64,000 bases of DNA, taken from NCBI GenBank assembly GCA_040882355.1, contig JBBEBM010000004.1:1-64000 (forward strand). The letters are read 5' to 3'. The notes below the pieces were generated by a model. It saw nothing but the letters and a program-made list of their open reading frames with translations, was not told the origin of the DNA and searched no databases. Position numbers and translations under genes: made by a program. Below are positions 19,650-29,233 of this stretch, one piece after another. This DNA comes from Dehalococcoidia bacterium (GTDB lineage: Bacteria; Chloroflexota; Dehalococcoidia; DSTF01; RBG-16-68-14). How positions within the stretch are numbered: position 1 is the first letter of the stretch; each line of letters begins with the position of its first letter.

Positions 19650-20246
19650 ATGGCCAACGATTCAGGACCTATGGACAAGTTCTTCAACGCGATGGACGAT
19701 AGCTTCTCGGCGATGTTTGACGCCATCAAACAGAGCAACGAGCGTGGCTACAAGTTCTCGCGCCGGGTGATCCGCGAGGTCGAGAGCGGACAGCGCGAGC
19801 TGCGACAGCTCGGGCGGAGGTTTGCGCGGGAGCCGAGGGACATGCGAGGCGCCTACCAGGCGAGCGTTGACCTCGCCAAGCGCACCGCCGGCAACTCGGG
19901 CGACCTGGCTCGCGAGTGGCTCTCGACCGCGGTGGACGCGCGTCAGCAGGCGCAGTCGACAGCGATGAAGCTGGCGCAGGCGAACCGGGCGGCCGCTCAA
20001 GCGCTGGGCACGGCCGTGCAGGAGGGAACGCGAGACCTGACCCAGCGCGCCCGCGAGCGGATGACCGCCCGTCCCGCTGCTGTCCCGAAGAAGGCCGCTC
20101 CCGCGCGCCGAAAGGCAACGAAGCGCCGCACGACGAGGCGGACGACTCGCAAGGCCGCGACGCCACGCGCTGCCGCACCGCGCGCCGCGGCACCCGCGCC
20201 GACGCCGATCACGCCGGCTTCGTCGACGCCGTCGGGCGGACTCTAG
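19650..20246 (+). CDS. Helical protein with basic Ala/Pro/Lys/Arg tail (phasin/PhaF-like architecture)
   Basis: AAGGAGG RBS; amphipathic helical N-part; tail KKAAPARRKATKRRTTRRTTRKAATPRAAAPRAAAP. Confidence 0.65.
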   Translation: MANDSGPMDKFFNAMDDSFSAMFDAIKQSNERGYKFSRRVIREVESGQRELRQLGRRFAREPRDMRGAYQASVDLAKRTAGNSGDLAREWLSTAVDARQQAQSTAMKLAQANRAAAQALGTAVQEGTRDLTQRARERMTARPAAVPKKAAPARRKATKRRTTRRTTRKAATPRAAAPRAAAPAPTPITPASSTPSGGL

Positions 20247-20277
20247 CTCTCAGGCGGCGCCCTCTTAGCGACGGCTC

Positions 20278-20658
20278 ATGGCCGAACGCTTCCGGATCAG
20301 GATCGACCCCTTCTGGCGTCCGTTCCTGCTGATCGGGGGCGCGCGCAGCGAGAGTTCGTACGTAGAGGTCGAGGAAGACTCCATATCGATTCGCTCCGGC
20401 TGGCTGTTCAACCAGACGATACCCCGCGACGAGATCGAGGGCGCCGCTCCGACCGAGTGGCCCTGGTGGGCGAGCAGCTGGCGGACCAACTTCAGCGGAA
20501 CGATCGGGCTCGTCGGCTCCTACAATGGAGTGGTGGAGATCCTCTTCCGGGAGCGCCGCCGGCTCTGGGGCTTCACCGGCTACCGGCGGCTTGCCGTATC
20601 GCTCGAGGAGCCTGAGCGCTTCATCGAGGCGCTGGGCGTTCCCCTGTCAGCCGCCTAG
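20278..20658 (+). CDS. Hypothetical protein (possible bacterial PH-like fold)
   Basis: GC3-rich ORF; GWLF..TIPR.EI, LVGS..GVVEI, RLAVSLEEPERFIEAL. Confidence 0.65.
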   Translation: MAERFRIRIDPFWRPFLLIGGARSESSYVEVEEDSISIRSGWLFNQTIPRDEIEGAAPTEWPWWASSWRTNFSGTIGLVGSYNGVVEILFRERRRLWGFTGYRRLAVSLEEPERFIEALGVPLSAA

Positions 20659-22175
20659 ATCGCCCCTTCGCGGAACCACTCACCGAAGCGCTCGCCGATC
20701 ATGATCGTCGGCATGTTGATGTTGGCGCGAGGGATGGTGGGCATGATGCTCGCGTCCGCGACGAACAGCCCTTCGACACCCAGCACGCGCCCGTATTGGT
20801 CGATCACGGTCAGCGGACCGTCGGGCGGGCCCATCGGCACCGTGCCGCAGGGGTGGTACCCGGAGCCGCAGTAGCGCTTCACCCAGGCGCGCAGGTCTTC
20901 TCGGTCGGACACTGATTCCGCCCTCGGGCGCACGACCAGCTCGGCGACCTCGCGGATCTCGGGGGTCTCGGTCATGCGCAGGGCGATCTCCATGCCCTCG
21001 ACGAGGCGCTCCACGTCCCAGTCGTCCTCGAGGAAGTCGGTCTCGATGACCGGCTGGGCGTCGACGTCGGCGCTCTCGAAGCGAAGGCGGCCGTGGCCGC
21101 GCGTCTTCTCGACCACGGGCGCCAGGCCGAGCAGGAGCGCCCCGCCGTCGAGCCGCTGGGCGAAGGAGAGCGGCTCGAGCTGCATGTCGTTGAACTCGTC
21201 GCTCCCCGCCGCCGTGTAGCGCAGCGTGGTCTGGATCATCGGGTGGTCCGCGCTGGCGACCCCCGGCTTGGGCACGAGCGCGACCATCGACGCCGGGTGG
21301 TCCCAGAGGCGGGCGCCGACGCCCAGCGCGTCGCGCACGACGGCGACACCGAGCCGTTCGAGCGTCTCCTTCGGCCCGATGCCTGAGCGGACGAGGATGG
21401 GCGGCGTCGCGATCGAGCCTGCTGAGAGCACGATGCGCTTCGCGTCGAGCGTCTCGACCGCACCGCCCGTCTCGACTTCGATGCCGGTGACCTTGCCGCC
21501 TGAGACGACGACGCGGCGTACGATGGTGTTCGCGCGAATCGTCAGGTTCGGCCGCGAGCGCGCGGGCATCAGGTAACCGAGCGCCGTACCGACGCGGAGC
21601 TGGCCCCGCTTGTTCATCGGGTGAGGGCCGGCGCCGGTGGTCGTCGGGTCGTTGTGGTCGGGGCAGTCGGGGTAGCCCATCGCGCGGCAGGCCCGCAAGA
21701 ACGCGGCCTGGACCGGCACCAGCTCATCGTCAGGGTAGCGGTGGATGGGGATCGGCCCGTCGGCGCCGTGGAGGTCGTTGCGGATGTCCTGGTCGTTCTC
21801 CAGGCGCTTGAACGCGGGCAGGCAGCGCTCCCACGACCACTCCGGGCAGCCAAGCGAGGCCCACTCGTCGTAGTCCTCGGCCTGGCCGCGCAGCGCGATG
21901 CAGGTGTTGACGGACGACGAGCCGCCGATCACCTTGCCGCGCGGCAGCGGCACGTCCGAGCGGACGCGGCGGTTGGGCTGGTAGATGAAGCCCCAGTCGT
22001 GGTCGACGATCGAGTTCTTGTGGCCGTTTCGCAGGTCGTCCGGCCACGAATCGCGGTCGGCGTAGTCCGGCCCGGCCTCGATGAGCAGGACGCGCTGCTT
22101 GGCGTCTTCGGTCACGCGGGCGGCGATCACTGCCCCCGCCGACCCAGCGCCGACGACAATCAGGTCGTAGTCCAT
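20655..22175 (-). CDS. GMC family FAD oxidoreductase (choline dehydrogenase/MftG-like)
   Basis: VVGAGSAG, RGKVIGGSSSVN, LVRSGIG, YHPCGT, VADASIMP, NMPTIMIGER; start MDYD. Confidence 0.93.
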   Translation of the reverse strand: MDYDLIVVGAGSAGAVIAARVTEDAKQRVLLIEAGPDYADRDSWPDDLRNGHKNSIVDHDWGFIYQPNRRVRSDVPLPRGKVIGGSSSVNTCIALRGQAEDYDEWASLGCPEWSWERCLPAFKRLENDQDIRNDLHGADGPIPIHRYPDDELVPVQAAFLRACRAMGYPDCPDHNDPTTTGAGPHPMNKRGQLRVGTALGYLMPARSRPNLTIRANTIVRRVVVSGGKVTGIEVETGGAVETLDAKRIVLSAGSIATPPILVRSGIGPKETLERLGVAVVRDALGVGARLWDHPASMVALVPKPGVASADHPMIQTTLRYTAAGSDEFNDMQLEPLSFAQRLDGGALLLGLAPVVEKTRGHGRLRFESADVDAQPVIETDFLEDDWDVERLVEGMEIALRMTETPEIREVAELVVRPRAESVSDREDLRAWVKRYCGSGYHPCGTVPMGPPDGPLTVIDQYGRVLGVEGLFVADASIMPTIPRANINMPTIMIGERFGEWFREGAI

Positions 22176-22258
22176 CCCTCTCTCCTGCGGCCACGCTCCC
22201 CGTTCGGACAGGGACACTTTGGCTTAGAGGGAGGGATCGCGCAAGGCGGGCGTCGGGG

Positions 22259-23527
22259 TCAGTCGGCGAGCACGCCGGACATCGCCTTGAGGCCGACGTC
22301 CATCATCGTCCAGGCCGTGCCCGCGTGGAACGGCTCGCCGGCGCGGAAGCGCATCGGCAGATAGACGCCCAACAGCTTCTTGCCGAGCCGCCAGAGCGGG
22401 CCGCTGCCCACCTTGTAGTCGTCCCCGGCATCAGGGCGCACCTCGACAGGACGGTCGGGATCGCCGGTGACGCGCAGCGGCACCTGGGCGAATGTGGCCT
22501 TGTCGAACTGCTCCATCACGCACATCGACACCGGATCGAAGGTCACTCGGGGCTCCGCGACGCCGCGGACATCCGCGACGATCGCCTCGGCGGTGGCGTC
22601 GGCCTGCAAGAAGGCGAGGAACGCCTGCTTCACCGGGAAGTCGCCGGCGTCGCCCGGGGCGTAGATGTCCTCTACGCCCTCGACCGCGCGGCTCTCGGGA
22701 TGTGTCTTGAGAAACCCGCGGTCGTCCGAGGGCAAGCCTTCGTACTGCACCGCCGCGACGTAGGGCGGGAACGAGATCAGCTCGTCGTAGTCGATGACGG
22801 CGCCGTTCGTGAAGGTGGCTCGTGAGGCCGTCACCTCGCTTACGACGTGCTCGAGATGGCCCTCGATGTTGCGTTCCGCGAACTCCTCCGTGACCACCTC
22901 GTGCAGCTTCGGGCCGAACGCCTGGATGTAGCTGTGCTCAGCGCTCGCCCAGACCAGCTTGACCGCGGTGCGGGCGTGGTTGCGCCGCAGGTGCGTCTCA
23001 ATCATGAAGATGATCTCGTAGAGGGGGCCGGCGCACTTGTTGTTGGGAGGGATGAGAAAGAGGAGCGTCGCGGGCTCGCCGACCTTGGCCCGCTCGACGA
23101 CGCGCTCGACCGTGGCGCGCAGCCGGAGCATGTCCTGCGGCGTCCAGATCGTCCCGCCGTGCTCTGCCAGGCCGGGGACCTCCTGCGGCCGCATGCCGGC
23201 GCCGGTCGCGATCACGAGCTTGTCGTAAGCGATGGTGCCCCGATCGAGCTGAAGCTTCTTGCTCGCAGCGTCCACGCCGACGACCCGGTCCTGAATGAGC
23301 TCGATGTCACGCAAATGGGTCGGGTGGTCGAGCGGGATCTCCAGCTCGGACGCGTCGAGGCCGAACGGGATATAGATCGTGTTCGGGCGGAAGAGGAAGC
23401 GGTCCTTGTCGGAGACGAGCGTAACGTTTACCTCGCCGTGGAGGCGGTGCTGCAATAGAAAGGCGGTCTCCAGCCCGGCGAAGCCGCCTCCCGCGATGAC
23501 GACGTGCGGTCTCCCTTTCGTGCTCAT
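22259..23527 (-). CDS. Sulfide:quinone oxidoreductase-like flavoprotein
   Basis: GGGFAG, YDKLVIATG, KCAGPLYE and MCVME cysteines, IYAPGD, KQAFLA. Confidence 0.75.
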   Translation of the reverse strand: MSTKGRPHVVIAGGGFAGLETAFLLQHRLHGEVNVTLVSDKDRFLFRPNTIYIPFGLDASELEIPLDHPTHLRDIELIQDRVVGVDAASKKLQLDRGTIAYDKLVIATGAGMRPQEVPGLAEHGGTIWTPQDMLRLRATVERVVERAKVGEPATLLFLIPPNNKCAGPLYEIIFMIETHLRRNHARTAVKLVWASAEHSYIQAFGPKLHEVVTEEFAERNIEGHLEHVVSEVTASRATFTNGAVIDYDELISFPPYVAAVQYEGLPSDDRGFLKTHPESRAVEGVEDIYAPGDAGDFPVKQAFLAFLQADATAEAIVADVRGVAEPRVTFDPVSMCVMEQFDKATFAQVPLRVTGDPDRPVEVRPDAGDDYKVGSGPLWRLGKKLLGVYLPMRFRAGEPFHAGTAWTMMDVGLKAMSGVLAD

Positions 23528-23714
23528 GGGTTCTCCTCCTGCGACCTGTTTCCGCCAGCCTACGCCATCGGCTCACGCAGTCCTAGAGGCGTTGGGCCTG
23601 CAATGTGGCGTCCGATTGGCCTAAGGGTCTCTACGGAGAGGGGCGACGCCGAGCCTAGAAGGGCTCGGCTACGATGACTTAGGAGACTCTCCGCAGGCGA
23701 GAACCCGCTTAGGC

Positions 23715-24479
23715 CTACTCGCTCTGCTTCTCGCGCCGCGCGGTGCGGCGGTGCATCAGGCGCGTGTACTGGAGCAGCTCCGGGTCGCTGTAGGCGACCT
23801 CGCCCAGCTCCGTGCCGCGCCGGATCGCCTTCATCGAGGCCTTGGTGAGCGCGACGGCGAGCGCGGGCTTGTCGACGACCTTCGTCGCGAGCTCGCGGGC
23901 GGTCGATAGCTCCGCGCCGTCGTCGGCGAGGTGCGTCGCGAGGCCCCAGTCGAACGCCTGCTGGCCGCTGAAGCGCTCGCAGAGCACGGTGAGCTCGAGC
24001 GCCTTCGCGTGACCGACGGCGCGCGCGAGGCGAGGCAGCGCGTTCCAGCTCAGCGGGATGCCCAGCTCGACCTCGGGGATCGAGAACCAGGCCGAGCGCC
24101 CGGCGACGCGGAAGTCGCAGCAGGTCGCGATCACCACCGCGCCGCCCACGGCGAAGCCGTGCACCGCGGCGATCGTGATCTGCTGCAGCTCCTCGATCGC
24201 CGCCGACGTCCGGCTGCCGATACCGGCTTGATGGCGCATCGCCAGCTCATCGTCGGGGCCGGCCTGCGTCCACTCGCTCGTGTCCGCGCCTGCGGAGAAG
24301 CCCTGGCCTTCGCCGGTGAAGATGACAACGCGGGTCGCCAGGTCCTCGCCCAGCGAGTGGCAGAGCGATTGCAGGTCGCGGTGCATCTGGTTGTTGATCG
24401 CGTTCCGCTTGTCGGGACGGTTGAGGCGGACCGTCATCACCGGCCCGTCGCGCTCCACGATCAAAGTCTCGAAGTCCAT
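23715..24479 (-). CDS. Enoyl-CoA hydratase/isomerase family protein
   Basis: LNRPDKRNA, FSAGAD, HGFAVGG, CDFR, PEVELG. Confidence 0.93.
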   Translation of the reverse strand: MDFETLIVERDGPVMTVRLNRPDKRNAINNQMHRDLQSLCHSLGEDLATRVVIFTGEGQGFSAGADTSEWTQAGPDDELAMRHQAGIGSRTSAAIEELQQITIAAVHGFAVGGAVVIATCCDFRVAGRSAWFSIPEVELGIPLSWNALPRLARAVGHAKALELTVLCERFSGQQAFDWGLATHLADDGAELSTARELATKVVDKPALAVALTKASMKAIRRGTELGEVAYSDPELLQYTRLMHRRTARREKQSE

Positions 24480-24523
24480 GGCGGCTCAGTATAGTCGTGG
24501 CTGGTTGGGGCCGCCAACGCCTT

Positions 24524-24955
24524 GTAGGGGCGCAGGGCCGTGCGCCCGACGCAACGTCGCGGTGACGGCGCGGCCGCCCGCGACCGAGACGCGCATGCCG
24601 CCGACCTCAGTCGGCGGTGTCAGATAACAGCTCCCAAAGGCCCAGCGCGGCCAGCGCCCGTGCCTCGACCGGCGCCTCCCCGACGCACATCCGTACCAGC
24701 GACCAGCGAACTCCGCGTGCCACCCACCACTTCACACTTTCGCCCGCCGCGCGTATCCTCGTCATCGAGAACTCATCGTGGGTAGCGCCGTTCAGCGCCC
24801 GCCGGCCCGATTCGTCCCGGGCCTGTCGAAGGATCCCGCGTGCCGGTTCCGCCACAGAAGGGAGTCAGCCATGCCCGCCGGGACCTGTCCTGAGCGCCGT
24901 CCTGAGCTTGTCAAAGGGCCTAGTCCTGACCTTGTCGAAGGGCGTAGTCGAAGGA
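24524..24955. repeat. REP-like repeat cluster
   Basis: GTAG-type palindrome GTAGGGGCGCAGGGCCGTGCGCCC (24524-24547); GTCCTGAGCTTGTCGAAGG-like copies at 24814, 24899, 24923 plus partials at 24887 and 24942. Confidence 0.65.
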
Positions 24956-25084
24956 TCGATCAAACGTCCCTCCCAGATTCACAGCCCGGAGCACGCGGCC
25001 TCAACTGGCTTCGAGCGTCTCCCGCTGAGAAGAGCGGTTTTGCCAAACGGACTGGTCAATCAAGCGTCTCTTGAGCAAGGGGGT

Positions 25085-25112
25085 ACCAGCGACCAGCAAC
25101 CAGCGACCAGCG
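25085..25112 (+). repeat. Heptamer tandem repeat (ACCAGCR)x4
   Basis: ACCAGCG ACCAGCA ACCAGCG ACCAGCG; two more copies at 24695-24708. Confidence 0.85.
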
Positions 25113-25127
25113 ACTATACTGTGTGAC

Positions 25128-26438
25128 ATGACTGCACCCAAAGTCGTCGCGATCGGGATCGGCAGCTTCACGTTTGGCGTGGAGCTGCTGCGCGATGTCT
25201 TTCAGACGGACGAGCTGCGCGGCTGCGAGCTAACGCTCGTCGACCTGGATGCGGAGCGCCTCGGGCTGATGACCGCGGTCGCCGAGCGGCTTAACGAGGC
25301 GTCCGGCTGGCAGGCCCGCGTCGTCGCCACGCAGGAGCGCGGCGAGGCGCTGCCGGGCGCTGGCTTCGTGGTGACGGCGGTCGAGGTGAATCGCGACGCC
25401 CTCTGGAAGCTCGACCACGAGATCTGCCTGCGGAACGGCGTCGCGTCGGTGCTGAGCGAGAACGGCGGGCCGGGCGGCCTGTCACACGCGCTGCGCACGG
25501 TGCCCATCATGCTCGACATCGCCCACGACATCGAGCGGCTCGCGCCGAACGCGCTGCTGCTCAACTACACGAACCCGGAGGGGCGCATCTGCCTCGCGAT
25601 CCGGCGGCAGACGTCGGTGCGGACCGTGGGGCTCTGCCACGGGGTGGCGGGCACGATACCGTTCGTCGCCGGGGTGCTCGGCAAGGAGCCGGGCGAGATC
25701 GACCTGCGGGCGGCCGGCGTGAACCACTTCACGTGGACGACCAGCCTGACCGATAAGCGCAGCGGCGACGATCTCTATCCGGCGTTCCGCGCGCGCCTCG
25801 CATCCCTGCCCGCGGACGATCGGCCGCTCTGCCGGCTGCTCTACGAGCGCTTCGGTTGCTTCCCGACGACCGGCGACAACCATGTCGGCGAGTACATCGG
25901 CTGGGCGGCGGAGCTGTGCGGTACTGAGGGCTACGACTTCGACGCCGTCGCGGAGCAGCGCAGGGGCGCGCTCGAGAACGTGCAGTGCTGGGGCGACGGC
26001 ACGAAGCCGGTCGAGCCGCTGCTCGCGCAACCGTCGCGCGAGGCGCGGGTCGGCACGTCGGCGGTGCGGATCATGGCCGACTCGCTCGCCCGGCGCGAGA
26101 GCCGAGTGCCCTCGGTCATCGTGCCGAACGACGGCTACATCGAAAACGTGAGCCGCGACGCCGTCGTCGAGGTGCCGGGGTTGGTCGAGGGCGGGTACGT
26201 GCGCGGCATGGCGGTCGGGGCGCTTCCCGGCCCGGTCGCGGCGATGGTGCAGAACGAAGTCGAGATCCAGAAGCTGGTCGTCGATGCGGCCGTGAGCGGC
26301 TCACGCGACCTCGCCCTAGCCGCGCTTCTGATCGACCCGGTGGTGAACAGCGCCCGCAAGGCGGAAGCGCTGCTGGACGACATCCTGTCGAGCCACGCGG
26401 CGTACCTGCCGCGCTTCGCGCAGGCCGTCGCTCGCTAG
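25128..26438 (+). CDS. Family 4 glycoside hydrolase (NAD+-dependent alpha-galactosidase/glucosidase type)
   Basis: IGIGS..FG, ENGGPGG, NYTNP, GLCHG, AGVNHF, VVEVP, ALLIDP. Confidence 0.9.
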   Translation: MTAPKVVAIGIGSFTFGVELLRDVFQTDELRGCELTLVDLDAERLGLMTAVAERLNEASGWQARVVATQERGEALPGAGFVVTAVEVNRDALWKLDHEICLRNGVASVLSENGGPGGLSHALRTVPIMLDIAHDIERLAPNALLLNYTNPEGRICLAIRRQTSVRTVGLCHGVAGTIPFVAGVLGKEPGEIDLRAAGVNHFTWTTSLTDKRSGDDLYPAFRARLASLPADDRPLCRLLYERFGCFPTTGDNHVGEYIGWAAELCGTEGYDFDAVAEQRRGALENVQCWGDGTKPVEPLLAQPSREARVGTSAVRIMADSLARRESRVPSVIVPNDGYIENVSRDAVVEVPGLVEGGYVRGMAVGALPGPVAAMVQNEVEIQKLVVDAAVSGSRDLALAALLIDPVVNSARKAEALLDDILSSHAAYLPRFAQAVAR

Positions 26439-27139
26439 GCCGCTGCCGCGAGCTCGTTCGGGCCGGTCCGGTCCGCCGCTGCCGCGACGAGCTGCTCCAG
26501 GTTGCCGCCGTCCTCGAGGTGACGGCTGTACCCGACCTGGATGCCCGGCACGGCGCGGGTGACCCGGTGCGCCAACCTCTTCGCGCCCTCAGTGTCGGTC
26601 TCCGGCATGAGCAGGACGAACCGCCCGTCTTCCAGGTGGCCGGCAATGTCAGAGCGGCGGCGCTTGCGCCGGAGCCAGTCGGCGAGCTGGCCGCGGACGG
26701 TCCAGACGTCAGCCTGCGGCGCGGCCTCCAGGACGAGGAGGCTGAAGGGCAGCTTGTAACGCACGCTCCGGTAGCACTCCTCCTCGCAGCGGAGGACGAT
26801 GTACCAGGGCGCGTAGAGGCCGGTCTCCTGCTCGTAGATGACCAGCCTCCGTCCCTCCTCGATCTGCTGGGCAGCTCGCTGAGCGAAGGCATCGGACGAC
26901 CCTGGTCCCTTCTTGCGTTTGTTGGCCCTCTGTATGCTGGCTACCGACGGGCCAGGCTCTGCGGCGGACCGCCCGCGTCGCGTCTCGATCGCGAGGGCGA
27001 TGGCGACGAAGGTCAAGGACACGACACCGAGGGCAACGCCCTCGATCACGCCGGCCAGGGCTGAGACAAAGCTCACCGCCAACGAGGCCGCGGCGGCGGC
27101 CACGAGGATCGTTTGGTTGAGCCGAGCGATGCTGATCAC
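26435..27139 (-). CDS. Membrane-anchored degenerate GGDEF-domain protein
   Basis: Two N-terminal TM helices; TGLY, RSVRY..PFSLL, RRSD I-site, EDGRF in place of GGDEF, LLMPETD. Confidence 0.75.
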   Translation of the reverse strand: MISIARLNQTILVAAAAASLAVSFVSALAGVIEGVALGVVSLTFVAIALAIETRRGRSAAEPGPSVASIQRANKRKKGPGSSDAFAQRAAQQIEEGRRLVIYEQETGLYAPWYIVLRCEEECYRSVRYKLPFSLLVLEAAPQADVWTVRGQLADWLRRKRRRSDIAGHLEDGRFVLLMPETDTEGAKRLAHRVTRAVPGIQVGYSRHLEDGGNLEQLVAAAADRTGPNELAAAA

Positions 27140-27164
27140 GTCCGTCTCTCTCTCTCCAAACGTT

Positions 27165-28268
27165 CTACGCGGCGAACGCCCGGCGCGGCGCGCTGGTCAT
27201 CAACCGCTCCAGGTCCTCCGGGTTTGAGCTGTGCGCCAGCGCGTCTTCACGTCCGATGATGTTGCGGTGGTAGAGGTCGGCGAGGGCTTGTTCCAGCGTC
27301 TGCATGCCGAACTGCGCGCCCGTCTGGAGCACGCCGGGAAGCTGGAAGGTCTTGCCTTCGCGGATCAGGTTGCGCACCGCCGCCGTCGCGACAAGGATCT
27401 CGATCGCCGGGACGCGGCTCATGCCGTCCGCCTTGCGCACCAGCTCCTGGCAGAGGACGGCCTCCAGCGTGACGGAGAGCTGCACGCGCACCTGTTGTTG
27501 CTGGTGCGGCGGGAAGGCATCGATGATGCGGTCGACAGCCTGGGGCGCGCTGGGCGTGTGCATCGTGGCCAGGACGAGGTGACCTGTCTCGGCCGCGGTC
27601 AACGCGAGCGCGAACGTGTCCAGATCGCGCATCTCGCCGACGAGGATCACGTCGGGGTCCTGGCGTAGCGCGTGGCGCAGCGCCGCCGCCATCGACTGGG
27701 TGTCGCTGCCCAGCTCACGCTGCGAGAAGAGGCAGAGCCCGTCTTCGTGGACGAACTCGATCGGGTCTTCGATGGTGATCACGTGGCGGCGGGCGTGCTC
27801 GTTGAGGTACCCGAGCATGGCTGCCAGGGTCGTCGACTTGCCGCAGCCTGTCGGGCCCGTGACCAGCACGAAGCCGCGCGGCTTGAGCATCAGGCTGGCG
27901 CAGATGGGCGGCAAGCCCAGGTCCTCGATTGTCGGAGGTTCGCGGTGCAGGAGACGCACCGCGAGCACGACCGTGCCACGCTGCCACGCGGCGTTGACGC
28001 GCAGCCGCCCGATGCCTTCGGCGTGGTAGGCGAGGTCCAGCTCCTGGTAGCGAGCGAACGACGCGCGCTGGTCTGCGGTCGTGAGCTGCTCCAGGAAGCC
28101 GTCGATAGTAGCCGGCGTGAGCACGGGCTCCGACAGCATGATGAGTTCGCCGTCGATGCGAACGACCGGTGACGCGCCGGTCTTCAGATGCAGGTCGGAC
28201 GCATTGAGCTCCGCCATCGTGCGCAACAGCCTCGCTAGATCGGGTGGTTGGTTCTGGTCAGACGCCAT
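27165..28268 (-). CDS. pilT: Type IV pilus retraction ATPase PilT
   Basis: ASDLHL, GPTGCGKSTT, TIEDPIE, LRQDPD, AETGH, AVRNLIRE, GMQT; AAAGGAGG RBS. Confidence 0.95.
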   Translation of the reverse strand: MASDQNQPPDLARLLRTMAELNASDLHLKTGASPVVRIDGELIMLSEPVLTPATIDGFLEQLTTADQRASFARYQELDLAYHAEGIGRLRVNAAWQRGTVVLAVRLLHREPPTIEDLGLPPICASLMLKPRGFVLVTGPTGCGKSTTLAAMLGYLNEHARRHVITIEDPIEFVHEDGLCLFSQRELGSDTQSMAAALRHALRQDPDVILVGEMRDLDTFALALTAAETGHLVLATMHTPSAPQAVDRIIDAFPPHQQQQVRVQLSVTLEAVLCQELVRKADGMSRVPAIEILVATAAVRNLIREGKTFQLPGVLQTGAQFGMQTLEQALADLYHRNIIGREDALAHSSNPEDLERLMTSAPRRAFAA

Positions 28269-28650
28269 GATGCACGCCTCCTTTCGATACGGCTCGTCGT
28301 TCCGCGGCCAGGAGCAGCGCCAGCATGCCGGCGGACGCGACCAGGGCGGCCGCGGCGAACGGCAAGGTCTGCTCCAAGGGCGCGCGGAGCAGCGCGAAGA
28401 TGAGCCCGGTAGCGATCTCCACCAGCGGGTCGCGCTTGGCAAGCGACGCGTTGCAGTGGCTGCAGCGCGCGCGTAGGAAGAGATAGCTCAGCACGGGCAC
28501 CAGATCGTACGGGCGGAGGAACGTCCAGCAGGACGTGCAGCGCGAGCGCGGGCTCACGATGGACTCGCCCCGCGGCAGCCGGTACGCGCACAGGTTCAGG
28601 AAGCTGCCGACGGCCAGCCCCGCGATGAATGCGACGACGATATCGAGCAT
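28258..28650 (-). CDS. Prepilin peptidase N-terminal Zn/methylase domain only (130 aa)
   Basis: GSFLN...RLP..ESIVSPRSRCTSC...DLVPVLSYL.LRARCSHC...PLVE; ends before the aspartic protease domain. Confidence 0.85.
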   Translation of the reverse strand: MLDIVVAFIAGLAVGSFLNLCAYRLPRGESIVSPRSRCTSCWTFLRPYDLVPVLSYLFLRARCSHCNASLAKRDPLVEIATGLIFALLRAPLEQTLPFAAAALVASAGMLALLLAAERRAVSKGGVHHGV

Positions 28651-28657
28651 GGGCCTC

Positions 28658-29230
28658 CTACTGCGCGACCTCGACGGTGAACGACACGCCCGCTCCGCCC
28701 TCGTCCAGGCCGAGCGACGCGATCTGAACGGAGGAGAACGCGCCCGTGTCGTCCAACTTGCGGGCGTAGCCCAGGGCCGTTTCCGAGTCCGGCGCCTGGC
28801 CGGCAAGCAGCACGGTGCCATCGCCGCTGGTGACGCTACTCACGGCGGCCCCGGGGGGCAGATTCGCCAGGAGCCGCGCCACGGCGCCGGAGAGCTTTGG
28901 CTTGCTGCCGAGCACTGCGTCTCGCTCAGCCGCCAGGTCTTCGATGGCCTGGCGGGCGGTAGCGCTCTTGAGCCGCAGCTCGCGCAGGCGGCCCAGGCTT
29001 GCCTGCTCTTCGACCAACTCGCGGTCGATGCGCTGCAGCTCGGCCCGAAGACTCTCCGCGTCGTCCGCTGCGCTACTGTTCGCCCGGTTCAACGGGATCA
29101 GGAGGAGGGCGGCGACGAGAAGGAGGGCGGCCGCGGCGGCGTACAGGGCGCTGTGGTTGCGCACCCAGCTCTCCTGCGGCAGCAGGTTCAGGTCGATGAA
29201 CTTCAGGCGCTCTGGAGAGTTCTGCTGCAT
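28658..29230 (-). CDS. pilN: PilN-like pilus assembly protein
   Basis: DLNLLP motif, TM helix, coiled coil, LP.G..VSSV...LAGQA...FS.V ferredoxin-like fold. Confidence 0.85.
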   Translation of the reverse strand: MQQNSPERLKFIDLNLLPQESWVRNHSALYAAAAALLLVAALLLIPLNRANSSAADDAESLRAELQRIDRELVEEQASLGRLRELRLKSATARQAIEDLAAERDAVLGSKPKLSGAVARLLANLPPGAAVSSVTSGDGTVLLAGQAPDSETALGYARKLDDTGAFSSVQIASLGLDEGGAGVSFTVEVAQ

Positions 29231-29233
29231 GGC

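Noticed and set aside
24814..24955. CRISPR array
   Set aside because: Repeats are ~20 nt, degenerate and irregularly spaced, with no spacers or cas genes
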